64,000 nt of DNA. Origin: Longimicrobiales bacterium. Lineage in GTDB: Bacteria; Gemmatimonadota; Gemmatimonadetes; Longimicrobiales; Gaopeijiaceae. Made by a program: the position numbers and the translations under genes. This document shows, one piece after another, positions 1 to 9,154 of this stretch. Position 1 is the stretch's first letter. Each line of letters opens with the position of its first letter. Below the pieces are notes generated by a model that saw nothing but the letters and a program-made list of their open reading frames with translations, ran no database searches and had not been told where the DNA came from. The stretch spans positions 4,192,001 to 4,256,000 of the forward strand of contig OZ250165.1 of assembly GCA_965238005.1 (NCBI GenBank), written 5' to 3'.

Positions 1-33
1 GGGGCGGAACCGGGTGGCGAAGTAGGGGGGTCC

Positions 34-852
34 CTACACCAGCCGCTTGTAGTCGGCCAGATGGCGGAGCGCCTCCTTGGTCCGGCCCTGGATCTCGTAG
101 AGACGGGACAGGTTGTAGTGGGCCGACGCCATGTCCGGGTCCGAGCGTAGCGCCCTCTCGTAAGCCTCGATGGCGTCGCCGACCCGCTCCAGGTCCTCCA
201 ACGCCACACCGAGGTTGAAGGCGGCCATCGGCGATTCGGGCTCGGCGGCGAGAGCGTGGCGGTAGTGCGCCTCGGCCGACTCCACGTCCCCGCCTTCGTG
301 CAGCAGCCGGCCCAGGTTCAGATGCGCCCGGACGTGGCCCGGGTTGAGCGCAAGGGCTCGCCGGTAGGCGTCCGTGGCACGGTCCGTCGCAACGGGCTCC
401 AGGTCCAGCGCCAGTTCGTACCATCCGTCGGCCGAAAGCTCGGTGGACGCCGGCTTCGCTGAGGTGGCTCGGGCGATGGGCTCGACCTTCTCGGCCAACT
501 CCCGGACGGCGAAGTCGAGGTGGACCTGGCCCGACTGGGGGTCCCAGAGCGTACTCTCTTCCTTCACGACCACACTGTCCCCCTCAAACGTGATGTGGAG
601 GGCGCTCAGCGGCCCACCCTCGGGAAGCTGCTCTCGGAGGGCATGGAGAGCCTGCCGTACGCGCTGCATGGAGACGCCCGCGTCCCGGAGGTCCCGCGTG
701 GTGCGGAGAAGGATGATGTCCGAGAAGGAGAACCGGTATTGGTTCCCAGGACCCCTGGTCGGATCGAAGAAGCCGGATCTGGCAAAGGAACGGACGCGGG
801 CCGGGGGGATGCCGAGGATCTCGGCCACCTGCCTCGTGGTGTATCCTCTCAT
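34..852 (-). CDS. MerR-type HTH + tetratricopeptide repeat protein
   Basis: N-terminal YTTRQVAEILG...YRFSFSDIILLR (MerR-like HTH); C-terminal TPRs (AHLNLGRLLH, AAFNLGVALED, AHYNLSRLY). Start taken at ATG 852. Confidence 0.85.
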   Translation of the reverse strand: MRGYTTRQVAEILGIPPARVRSFARSGFFDPTRGPGNQYRFSFSDIILLRTTRDLRDAGVSMQRVRQALHALREQLPEGGPLSALHITFEGDSVVVKEESTLWDPQSGQVHLDFAVRELAEKVEPIARATSAKPASTELSADGWYELALDLEPVATDRATDAYRRALALNPGHVRAHLNLGRLLHEGGDVESAEAHYRHALAAEPESPMAAFNLGVALEDLERVGDAIEAYERALRSDPDMASAHYNLSRLYEIQGRTKEALRHLADYKRLV

Positions 853-892
853 CACGGGCGCCGCTGTGATGATTCCGGAGCGGTGCCGCCGG

Positions 893-1741
893 TCAGCCCG
901 AGGACGCCTTCTTGTTGGTGGCGGACTTCTTCCTACTGGATGCCTTCTTGGCCGGCATCCTCTCCTCTCCGTCATCGGCGAGGCTGGCCTTGAGGGCCGC
1001 CATCAGGTCGATGATCTGGGTCTGGGGCTCCTCGGTGACCGACGAGACGATCTCTTCGCCGTCCACCTTCTGCTGTATGAGCTCGAGCATGCGGTCACGG
1101 ACCTCGTCCTTGTAGTCCGCGGCCTGGAACTCATCCGAGGACGCCTGGTTCACGAGTTGAATGGCCAGCTTCAGCTCGGACTCGCTGACATCGCCCTCGG
1201 CTACCGGGACGTCGGCGAAATCCCGGACCTCGTCGGCGTAGCGGAGCTGCTCCAGAAGAAGGCCCTCCCCGAAGGGCCGCACCATGACCAGGTACTGCTT
1301 GCCGCGGGTGGCGTACTTGGCGATGGCCACACGCTCGGTTTGCTGCAGGGCCGCCGAGAGAAGCAGATACGCCCGAGCACCGCCCTTGTCGGGTCCGAGG
1401 TAATAGGCGCGATCCAGGAACAGGCGATCCACCTGGTCTGCGGGAACGAACTCGGTGATCTGGATGGAGTCGGTCTTGGGCTGCTCCACCGCCTTGAGCT
1501 CCTCGGGCGTGAAGAGCACGTACTGACCCTTGGCGAACTCGTACCCCTTCACCATGTCTTCCCGGGGAACGATCACGTCGTCCTTCGGGCAGATGTACTG
1601 CTGCTTCACACGGGTTCCACAGTCCTTGTGGACCATGTTGAAGGAGATGCGGGACTTGGATTCCCCGGTGGCGTACAGCTTCACCGGCACTGAGACCAGC
1701 CCAAACGAGATCGTCGAGGTGGAGATGGGACGTGCAGCCAT
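893..1741 (-). CDS. ku: NHEJ DNA end-binding protein Ku
   Basis: ISFGLVSVPVKLY, VKGYE, YYLGP, IIDLMAALKASL motifs and a Lys-rich tail; start ATG 1741 within the longer ORF. Confidence 0.96.
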   Translation of the reverse strand: MAARPISTSTISFGLVSVPVKLYATGESKSRISFNMVHKDCGTRVKQQYICPKDDVIVPREDMVKGYEFAKGQYVLFTPEELKAVEQPKTDSIQITEFVPADQVDRLFLDRAYYLGPDKGGARAYLLLSAALQQTERVAIAKYATRGKQYLVMVRPFGEGLLLEQLRYADEVRDFADVPVAEGDVSESELKLAIQLVNQASSDEFQAADYKDEVRDRMLELIQQKVDGEEIVSSVTEEPQTQIIDLMAALKASLADDGEERMPAKKASSRKKSATNKKASSG

Positions 1742-1780
1742 TGCGAAAAAACTCCCGTAAGCGAACTGAAGGTCGGAAGA

Positions 1781-1792
1781 AAACATATGTTC
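1781..1792. promoter_or_regulatory. Palindrome AAACATATGTTC, possible SOS/LexA-like operator between ku and ligD
   Basis: Perfect 10-bp palindrome AACATATGTT; one mismatch from GAAC-N4-GTTC. Confidence 0.35.
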
Positions 1793-1876
1793 ACCGAAGG
1801 AAAGAATGCAATGAAAAGGTGGGGCGGGTGCACGGCAAGGTGGTGTCAGCCCGCCCGCCACCGCTAACGTCTCTGC

Positions 1877-4402
1877 ATGGCACCGAGCTCCGACGACCGA
1901 CTCGAGCGCTATCGCAAGAAGCGCTCCGCCTCCGATACCCCCGAGCCGTTCGGAGGGATGGGATCGGCCGGTGACGCACGGCTGTTCGTGGTGCAGAAGC
2001 ACCATGCCAGCTCCCTGCACTGGGATCTGCGACTCGAGATGGGCGGGGCCCTGGAGTCTTGGGCCGTGCCCAAGGGCCCTTCCGCGGATACGGCGGACAA
2101 GCGTCTCGCCATGCACGTAGAGCCCCACCCGCTGGAGTATGCCGAGTTCGAGGGGGTCATCCCCGAAGGGCAGTACGGAGCCGGCCCGTCCATCTGCTGG
2201 GACAAGGGCATCTGGATCGAGATCCCCGGCGAGAAGCACGGTTTGGAGCACGGCAAGCTCCTCTTCGAGCTCAGAGGCTACAAGTTGCGCGGCCGCTGGA
2301 CGCTTGTGCACACGCCTAAGCGGGGGGACAACCACTGGCTCCTCATCAAGGAGCGGGACGGCTACGTGGACGAGCGGGGCACGGACGCGTACCCAGACGA
2401 CTCGATCTACTCGGGACTTCTGGTGGATCAGCTTTCCGACCCCGGCGAGCGAGATGCCGAGATCCTCGGGCGGGCTCGCGAGCTGGGCGCCGAGAAGGAG
2501 GCGCCCCCGGCCGAGAAGATGAAGGTCATGCTGGCCACGAGCCGCGAGGAGCCCTTCGACAAGGAAGGCTGGATTTTCGAGCTCAAGTACGACGGCTATC
2601 GGCTGATCGCGTCCCGGGAGACCGAGGAGCCCGTGCTCTGGTCCCGGAATGGGAACGACCTCACCGAGACCTTTCCCGACATCGCCCGGGCTCTCCACGG
2701 GCTGCCCTATGATGGCACGGTCCTGGACGGCGAGGTCGTGGTCCACGATGAGGCGGGCTTGCCGAGCTTCAGCCGCCTTCAGCGTAGAGGCCGCCTGCAG
2801 CGCCGCTCGGACATCCTGAAGGCGACGCTGGACCTGCCAGCCGTCTTCTACGCCTTCGATCTCTTGACCTTCGGGGGGCTCGATCTCCGCGATCTGCCCC
2901 TCGTGTCCAGGAAGGAGCTGCTTCGGGAGGTACTCCCCAGCGCGGGGCCCATCCGCTACTCGGACCCTATCCCGGTTCAGGGCGAGGCCATGTACCAGCA
3001 GGTGACCGACATGCGCCTCGAGGGGATCGTGGCCAAGAAGGCCGACAGCCCCTACCGCTCCGGGCGGTCGACCCATTGGTACAAGATCCGTACGGTTCAC
3101 ACCGACGACTTCGTGGTGGTGGGCTATACGGAGCCCAAAGGAGGACGGCCGGGTTTCGGGGCGCTCCACCTGGCCCAGTACGTCGACGGTGAGCTGACCT
3201 ACTCCGGGAGTGTCGGGACCGGCTTCAGCGACGATATGCTCGACGAGATCCTGGAGATGCTCGTGGATCTGGCTGGTGAGCCGGGCCCCCCGTGTGTCGG
3301 CCCGGCTCCCAAGGGGAAGACGCACCATTGGATCCAGCCGAAGCTCGTGGCGGACGTCCAGTACAAGGAGTTCACCGACGCCGGCGTGATCCGGCATCCC
3401 TCCTTCGTGAGGCTCCGGGACGACAAGCGGGCGGAGGAGTGCGTTCGGGAGGACGAGGGCGGAGGCGAGGCGCTCCCGGACCCGGTCCAGGTCGTCGATC
3501 GGACCGTGGAGCGAACGGTCCCGTTCACCAATCTGGACAAGGTCTTGTGGCCCGAGGAGGGATACACCAAGGGTGACCTCATCGAGTACTACCGCACCGT
3601 CTGGGAGTGGATCTCACCGTACCTGGCAGACCGGTGTCTGGTGCTCACCCGCTATCCGGACGGCGTCTATGGGAACTCGTTCTACCAGAAAAACGCCCCG
3701 GAGTGGGCCCCGGAGTGGCTTCGGAGAGAGCCGGTCTGGAGCGAGGACTCCGACAAGGTCCTCGACTACTTCGTGGTGGAAGACGTGGAGGCGCTCCTGT
3801 GGGTGGCCAACTCGGCGGCCATCCCGCTCCACATCTGGTCGAGTCGCATCTCGACCCTGAACAAGCCCGACTGGTGCATCCTGGACCTGGATCCCAAGGG
3901 TGCGCCCTTCGCCGACGTGGTGAAGGTGGCCAGGGTGATCCGCCAGGTGTGCCAGGAGATCGGGCTTCCCTCAAACGTGAAGACGAGTGGATCGTCCGGG
4001 CTCCACGTTCTGATTCCGCTGGGGGCGCAGCTCAGCTACGAGCAATCACGGATGCTGGGAAACCTGCTCGCCCGCGTCGTGGTGGGAGAGCTTCCCGAGA
4101 TCGCCACCGTCACCAGGGCCCTCAAGAGCCGGGAAGGGAAGGTCTACGTGGACTTCCTGCAGAACGCTTCCGGCCAGCTGCTGGTGGCCCCCTTCTGTGT
4201 CCGGCCTGTGCCGGAGGCCGCCGTGTCCACGCCCCTCAAGTGGAGCGAGGTGACGAGCAAGCTCGACATCCGCAAACACACCATCAAGACGGTGCCGGCC
4301 CGCATGAAGCGTCTCAAGGGGGGCGATCCCCTCCTGGGCGTGATGGACGACAAGCCCGACCTCATGGGCGCCTTGGAGCGCCTGGCGGGGCGCTCGGTTT
4401 GA
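1877..4402 (+). CDS. ligD: DNA ligase D (3'-phosphoesterase, ATP-dependent ligase and polymerase domains)
   Basis: FVVQKHHA..LHWDLRLE and SWAVPKGPS (phosphoesterase); ELKYDGYR and EGIVAK (ligase); RYPDG, DLDP, KTSGSSGLH (polymerase). Confidence 0.97.
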   Translation: MAPSSDDRLERYRKKRSASDTPEPFGGMGSAGDARLFVVQKHHASSLHWDLRLEMGGALESWAVPKGPSADTADKRLAMHVEPHPLEYAEFEGVIPEGQYGAGPSICWDKGIWIEIPGEKHGLEHGKLLFELRGYKLRGRWTLVHTPKRGDNHWLLIKERDGYVDERGTDAYPDDSIYSGLLVDQLSDPGERDAEILGRARELGAEKEAPPAEKMKVMLATSREEPFDKEGWIFELKYDGYRLIASRETEEPVLWSRNGNDLTETFPDIARALHGLPYDGTVLDGEVVVHDEAGLPSFSRLQRRGRLQRRSDILKATLDLPAVFYAFDLLTFGGLDLRDLPLVSRKELLREVLPSAGPIRYSDPIPVQGEAMYQQVTDMRLEGIVAKKADSPYRSGRSTHWYKIRTVHTDDFVVVGYTEPKGGRPGFGALHLAQYVDGELTYSGSVGTGFSDDMLDEILEMLVDLAGEPGPPCVGPAPKGKTHHWIQPKLVADVQYKEFTDAGVIRHPSFVRLRDDKRAEECVREDEGGGEALPDPVQVVDRTVERTVPFTNLDKVLWPEEGYTKGDLIEYYRTVWEWISPYLADRCLVLTRYPDGVYGNSFYQKNAPEWAPEWLRREPVWSEDSDKVLDYFVVEDVEALLWVANSAAIPLHIWSSRISTLNKPDWCILDLDPKGAPFADVVKVARVIRQVCQEIGLPSNVKTSGSSGLHVLIPLGAQLSYEQSRMLGNLLARVVVGELPEIATVTRALKSREGKVYVDFLQNASGQLLVAPFCVRPVPEAAVSTPLKWSEVTSKLDIRKHTIKTVPARMKRLKGGDPLLGVMDDKPDLMGALERLAGRSV

Positions 4403-4537
4403 GTGGGGACCGGCGGACCACCGAAGCCCGACGAAACCCTCGGCCCCTCTGATGCGTCATAAAGAGAGGGGGAATCGGCGATCGCTGGCGATTCGTCGCA
4501 CTTCCCGACGTTAATTCGTCCTTTTCAGGATTGGAAA

Positions 4538-4879
4538 ATGATCCAGTTTGCCGTCCATCTCCTGGTTACCGCCGCGCTCCTCGCCGTGGTCGGAAAGATG
4601 ATCTCCGGCATCGAAGTGGAAGACGCGAGCGCAGCCTTCGTCGGGGCCCTGGTTCTCGGCTTCGCCAACGCCGTGATTCGGCCCATCCTGGTCGTGCTCA
4701 CCATGCCCCTCACGATCCTCACGCTCGGCTTGTTCATCTGGGTCGTGAACGCGTTCATGCTCAAGCTCGCTGCGGCGTTCGTGCCGGGGTTCGAGGTCCG
4801 GGGATTCAAGGCGGCCCTGTTCGGGAGCCTGATGCTTGGGCTTCTCAACTTCGCGGTGTCGGTCTTCTTCGGGATCTAG
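4538..4879 (+). CDS. 4-TM phage holin family / YvlD (DUF360) membrane protein
   Basis: NAVIRPIL..LTMPLTILTLGLF..VVNA signature. Confidence 0.88.
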   Translation: MIQFAVHLLVTAALLAVVGKMISGIEVEDASAAFVGALVLGFANAVIRPILVVLTMPLTILTLGLFIWVVNAFMLKLAAAFVPGFEVRGFKAALFGSLMLGLLNFAVSVFFGI

Positions 4880-4970
4880 TGTTCCGCTGCCAAAGTTCGC
4901 GAGCCACCAAGAGGGCCGCGGATGCATCGTGCCCTCGACTGGCCGAGACACTTTGGCAACGGGACACTAG
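4876..4970 (+). mobile_element. MITE-like element, short copy (87 bp between CTAG sites)
   Basis: TIRs TGTTCCGCTGCCAAAGT / ACTTTGGCAACGGGACA (15/17 match); flanked by CTAG; inverted longer copy at 29728-29913. Confidence 0.8.
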
Positions 4971-5092
4971 GAGCCTGTCCGAGCAGTAGAGCTCGACGTA
5001 GTACGTTGCCAACCGGCGGACAGCCTTCTAATCATCAGAGCACCCTGGGACTGGTCACAGCTTCGCCCAGGCCGTCACCGGAGGTGATGATC

Positions 5093-7033
5093 ATGAAGAA
5101 GGCCGTGCTCGTTCCGTTCTTCGCGCTCGTCCTGGGAGCCGCAGGCGCCGGCCTCGCTCTCGGTCTCTTCACGCCGCAGGGCACCCCCGGGAGCGGGGCA
5201 GGCGGCCTCCTCCAGACCCTCTCCCCCTTCCGCAGCTACGGCCACGTCTACGACTCGGCTAACGTCGAAGCCATGCGCCCGCGGTTCATGGGGCGCCGCG
5301 GTGTCGTATCGACGGGGCACTATCTGGCGACCATGGCTGGCATGGACATGCTCAAACGGGGAGGTAACGCCTTCGACGCCGGGGTCACCGCCGCGATGGC
5401 CCTCAAAGTCACCAAGATGGACTACGCTGGGTGGACCGGCGTGGCGCCGTTGATCCTCTACAGCGCTGCCGAGGGGAGGGTCGTGACACGTGTCGGGGCC
5501 GGGACGTCACCCGCGGGAGCGACGCTCGAGTACTTCCTCGAGAACGGCAAGGACCCTGTGAATACGGCGCTCGTGCCCGCCGACATCGACGTGTGGCTGG
5601 CGGCCCTGGATCGCTACGGGACGATCAGCTTTGCCGAGGCCGCGGGTCCGGGTCTGGAGATCGCCGAGGAGGGCTACCACCTCTACAAGATGCAGAAGTG
5701 GCTGATCGACGATCAGACGGACCGGGTTCTGCGGTTTCCGTACAACCGCGACTTCTGGTTCCAGCACGGCGTGGGTGAGCAGGAGGTCGGTGACCTGATG
5801 GTGAACCCGGATCTGGCGCGGCTCATCCGGTACATGATGGACGCCGAGGAGCGGGCGCTGGCATCCGGAGGCACGCGCTCGGAGGGGATCCGGGCCGCCC
5901 GGGAGGCCTTCTACAAGGGAGATCCGGCCAGGGCGGTGGACGCTTTGTTCGGCGAGCTGGGGGGAATCGTCACCTACGACGACCTGGCGAGCTACCAAGG
6001 CAAGTGGATGGACCCGCTGCAGACGACGTTCATGGGGTACGACGTCTACGCCGGCGACGGCTGGTCCCAGGGCCCGCGCATGATCCTCATCCTCAACATG
6101 CTCGAGGGCATCGACCTGGAGGCCCTGGGCTACAACACGCCGGAGTACATCCACCTGATTTCCCAGGTCATCGACCTGGCCATGTCGGACAGCCACAAGT
6201 ACGTGGGCGATCCCGACGTGGTGGACACCCCGGAGGAGCTCTATACCAAGGAGTATGCCCGAGTCCGTGTCGCCCTGATCGACCGCGAGCGGGCCTTCCA
6301 GGACATGCCGCCCTGGGGTGATCCGGTTCGCATGCTCGCAGTGGCCGACGATTCACCCCGCTCGTTCGCGGCCACCAGCGCCGCGACGTCCGCGGGGGCT
6401 GCGGCCGCGGTCGGTGGGGGCGACACCGGCGCCGACGAGACACCAGTGTTCGACACGTCATCGCTGAACGTCATGGACGGAGACGGGAATCTCTTCTCCA
6501 TGACGGAGAGTGACGGGCACCTGTCTACCCCGCTGGTTCCGGGCTGGGGCTTCGGCCTCGGAGGCCGCATGGGCCAGTTCAACCTCGATCCGCGGCTAGC
6601 CAACGTGATGGCCCCGCGTAAGCGACCGAGAAACACGAACACCCCGCTCCTGGTGATGAAGGACGGAGAGCCGTTCATGGGGCTGTCCACGCCGGGAGCC
6701 GATCAGCAGCTCCAGTCGCTGCTACAGGTCTTCCTGAACGTGGTGGTGTGGGGGATGTCGCCCGAGCAGGCTCTCGATCAGCCCCGGTTCGGCAGCTACA
6801 ACTTCCCTACCACGGGCGACGAGATCAACCGCAATCCGGCTGGGCTCCGTCTGGAGGATCGCATCCCGGGTGAGACGGCTGACGTGCTGAGAGGTCTCGG
6901 TCACGACGTGGAATGGTGGGGCCTCTGGAACCTGAGGTCCGGCGCCCCGACGGTGACGTACCGTGATCCCGTGACGGGTGTGATGATCGCGGCCGGTGAC
7001 GTGCGCCGGGAGACCTCGTCTCTGGCTTGGTGA
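5093..7033 (+). CDS. Gamma-glutamyltransferase family protein (membrane-anchored or secreted)
   Basis: GGNAFDAGV, DTSSLNVMD (Thr nucleophile), TPGADQQ; GGAGG RBS before ATG 5093; N-terminal hydrophobic segment. Confidence 0.88.
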   Translation: MKKAVLVPFFALVLGAAGAGLALGLFTPQGTPGSGAGGLLQTLSPFRSYGHVYDSANVEAMRPRFMGRRGVVSTGHYLATMAGMDMLKRGGNAFDAGVTAAMALKVTKMDYAGWTGVAPLILYSAAEGRVVTRVGAGTSPAGATLEYFLENGKDPVNTALVPADIDVWLAALDRYGTISFAEAAGPGLEIAEEGYHLYKMQKWLIDDQTDRVLRFPYNRDFWFQHGVGEQEVGDLMVNPDLARLIRYMMDAEERALASGGTRSEGIRAAREAFYKGDPARAVDALFGELGGIVTYDDLASYQGKWMDPLQTTFMGYDVYAGDGWSQGPRMILILNMLEGIDLEALGYNTPEYIHLISQVIDLAMSDSHKYVGDPDVVDTPEELYTKEYARVRVALIDRERAFQDMPPWGDPVRMLAVADDSPRSFAATSAATSAGAAAAVGGGDTGADETPVFDTSSLNVMDGDGNLFSMTESDGHLSTPLVPGWGFGLGGRMGQFNLDPRLANVMAPRKRPRNTNTPLLVMKDGEPFMGLSTPGADQQLQSLLQVFLNVVVWGMSPEQALDQPRFGSYNFPTTGDEINRNPAGLRLEDRIPGETADVLRGLGHDVEWWGLWNLRSGAPTVTYRDPVTGVMIAAGDVRRETSSLAW

Positions 7034-7045
7034 GCCCGGAAGCCC

Positions 7046-7654
7046 TCAATCCGATCCGGGGGGGAAGAGCTCGTCCAAGACGGCTCGCATACGCCGGGTG
7101 TGGCTGCCCTCCCAGTAAATCCTCCGGCACCCCGGACAACGAGCGAGGGCTTGTTCCTGTTCCAGTACACGGGCGGGAACGTGGTCGCGAACGTCCGCCT
7201 CTTCCGCCGGAACGAGGGTGCTGTTGCATACGCGGCAGCGAGTGAAAAGGCGGAAGGGGCGCTCCAGGCCGAATGCACGAATCACCTCCCCGAGCTGCTC
7301 CAGGGGCTTCTCCGCCTCCAGCACCAGGCAGCCCTCCACGCGCCACTCTTCGGGAATCGAGCGGTCTCGGGTGAGGATGTGACGGCTCTCCGCCAGTGCC
7401 GTACGCACCAGCTCGGCGTTGGCTATGGCGTCGTCGTAGGCCGTGTCGTACCCCAGCGTTCTGAGCCACCTGGCCAGGCCGCCCAGCATGGCGTCGGCCA
7501 TGAAGCGTGGAGTGGTGGTGGAGAGGGGCGGGCCTATGCGCTGCTCGAGCCCCACCCGAGTGCCGCACGTACAGTGGATGGTGCGGCCGAACTGAAAGAG
7601 CGTCACGTCGTACTCGCGCCCACAGCAGGGACAGCGGATGGCCATCGTTGTCAC
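7046..7654 (-). CDS. Mut7-C RNase (DUF82) domain protein with an N-terminal Zn-ribbon
   Basis: DAMLGGLARWLR.LGYD, ILTRD, RCRVCN, CPGC.RIYWEGSH. Confidence 0.88.
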   Translation of the reverse strand: MTTMAIRCPCCGREYDVTLFQFGRTIHCTCGTRVGLEQRIGPPLSTTTPRFMADAMLGGLARWLRTLGYDTAYDDAIANAELVRTALAESRHILTRDRSIPEEWRVEGCLVLEAEKPLEQLGEVIRAFGLERPFRLFTRCRVCNSTLVPAEEADVRDHVPARVLEQEQALARCPGCRRIYWEGSHTRRMRAVLDELFPPGSD

Positions 7655-7732
7655 CTCGTCACAGCATCCCGTGCGCCCGAAGCCAGTGCATCGACATGGT
7701 GCTCAAGGAGTAGAGGTCCTGCCGACAATCGC

Positions 7733-9151
7733 CTAGCTGATCGTTCCGCTCAGGGCCTTCACCAGCCGGTACAGGAACTCCTGGCCCTCGAGGAACGACC
7801 TGATGAGAATCCGCTCGTCCTGGCCGTGGGCCCGGACGTCGTCCACGTCTAGGAAGACGCCCGACACGCCGTAGACCGGAATCCCCGCCCGCCTCAAGTA
7901 GAGACCGTCCGTTGCGCCGGTGCTCATGACCGGTACGACGGGCACGCCCGGCCACATCTCCTCGGTGATCCGCTCGATGGGGCCAAGGACCTCGGCGCTG
8001 AGGGGTGAAGGGGGACTGGGGTTGGGCGTTGCGTCCGGGGTGATCTCCACTGCGGATCCCGCGATGCGCCTCAGCGTGGCCAGGACCGCTGCCGGGTCTT
8101 GGTTCGGGAGGATCCGGCAATTCACCATCGCCTCGGCAGTCTGGGGAAGGGCGTTGTCGGCGTGGCCGCCGCTCAGGCGCGTGGCGACGCAGGTGGTTCT
8201 CATGCGGGCGTTGTAGTGGGGGAAGGCTTGCAGGCGCTCCACCGCCGGGGCGTTCCTGGGATCGGCGAGCATAGTGCGCATGGCGGCCGCGATAGGGCCG
8301 CCTTCCACCTCGGCCGTTCCCCTGAAGTACGCCTCCGTCACGTCGTTCAGTATGACCGGGAACCGATACTCGCTGATCCGCAGGAGCGCGTTCACCAGGT
8401 CGTAGATGGCGTTGTCGTCGCGGGGAAGGGAGCTGTGGCCCCCCGGGTTCGTAGCCCTGAGGTTGAAGCTCTGGTAGACCTTCTCGCTGGCCTGGACCGA
8501 GTTCAGCTGGTGCTCGCCGTCCTTGATGGCTCCCCCCCCGCCCTCGTTGAGGGCGTAACCGGCGTCGATGAGGTCGCGCCGGTTCTGGATGAGCCACTGC
8601 ACTCCGTTGAACTGGCCACCTTCCTCGTCCGCGGTTAGCGCCACGATGATGTCCCGGTCCGGCACGAACCCTTCCTGCTTGTAGCGAATCAGGTTGGCCG
8701 TGTAGATCGCCGCTTCGTCCTTGTCGTCAGTGACGCCTCGTCCGTAGTAGTAACCGTCCTGCTCGATGAACGTCCACGGATCCATGCTCCAGTCCGTGGG
8801 CAGGGCCTCCACGACGTCGAGGTGAGCCAGAAGGAGGATCGGTGGCCGTCCCGTTTCGGCCCCACGGAGGCGAGCCACCAGGTTCATCTTCCGCTCGTTG
8901 GGTCCCACCACCTGGACGTCCTCGGGCGGAAACCCGGCATCGAGTAGGCGCCGGGCCATCGCCTCCGCAGCGGCCGTCGTTCCGGCCGAGTCCACCGTGA
9001 TGATCTCGATGAGCTCGCGGAAGAGCTCGCGGGCCAGCTCCTGATGGGGCTCCAGGGTGATCTCCTGGGCGGTGGTGGGTGGCGTGGCGAAGGCGGCTCC
9101 GACCACTATTGCCGAGGCAGCCAGGAGTATCCGTGTCGGCCAGCTATTCAT
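7733..9151 (-). CDS. Secreted M20/M25/M40 family metallopeptidase
   Basis: HLDVV, GRGVTDDK, ADEE, GGHSS, GATD, AHGQDE; signal peptide. Confidence 0.92.
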   Translation of the reverse strand: MNSWPTRILLAASAIVVGAAFATPPTTAQEITLEPHQELARELFRELIEIITVDSAGTTAAAEAMARRLLDAGFPPEDVQVVGPNERKMNLVARLRGAETGRPPILLLAHLDVVEALPTDWSMDPWTFIEQDGYYYGRGVTDDKDEAAIYTANLIRYKQEGFVPDRDIIVALTADEEGGQFNGVQWLIQNRRDLIDAGYALNEGGGGAIKDGEHQLNSVQASEKVYQSFNLRATNPGGHSSLPRDDNAIYDLVNALLRISEYRFPVILNDVTEAYFRGTAEVEGGPIAAAMRTMLADPRNAPAVERLQAFPHYNARMRTTCVATRLSGGHADNALPQTAEAMVNCRILPNQDPAAVLATLRRIAGSAVEITPDATPNPSPPSPLSAEVLGPIERITEEMWPGVPVVPVMSTGATDGLYLRRAGIPVYGVSGVFLDVDDVRAHGQDERILIRSFLEGQEFLYRLVKALSGTIS

Positions 9152-9154
9152 GCG

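Noticed and set aside
1742..3397. 551-aa N-terminal extension of the Ku ORF
   Set aside because: Antisense shadow of ligD; Ku homology starts at ATG 1741.
4538..4879. Prophage suggested by a holin-family gene
   Set aside because: This family is commonly chromosomal, and no phage genes are nearby.
4971..4990. GAGCCTGTCCGAG after CTAG, resembling an IS end
   Set aside because: No matching opposite end found in the window; too short to call.
4922..5092. Longer GGT start (MHRALDWPRHFGNGTL)
   Set aside because: The peptide comes from the MITE and recurs at 29776; the good RBS is at 5093.
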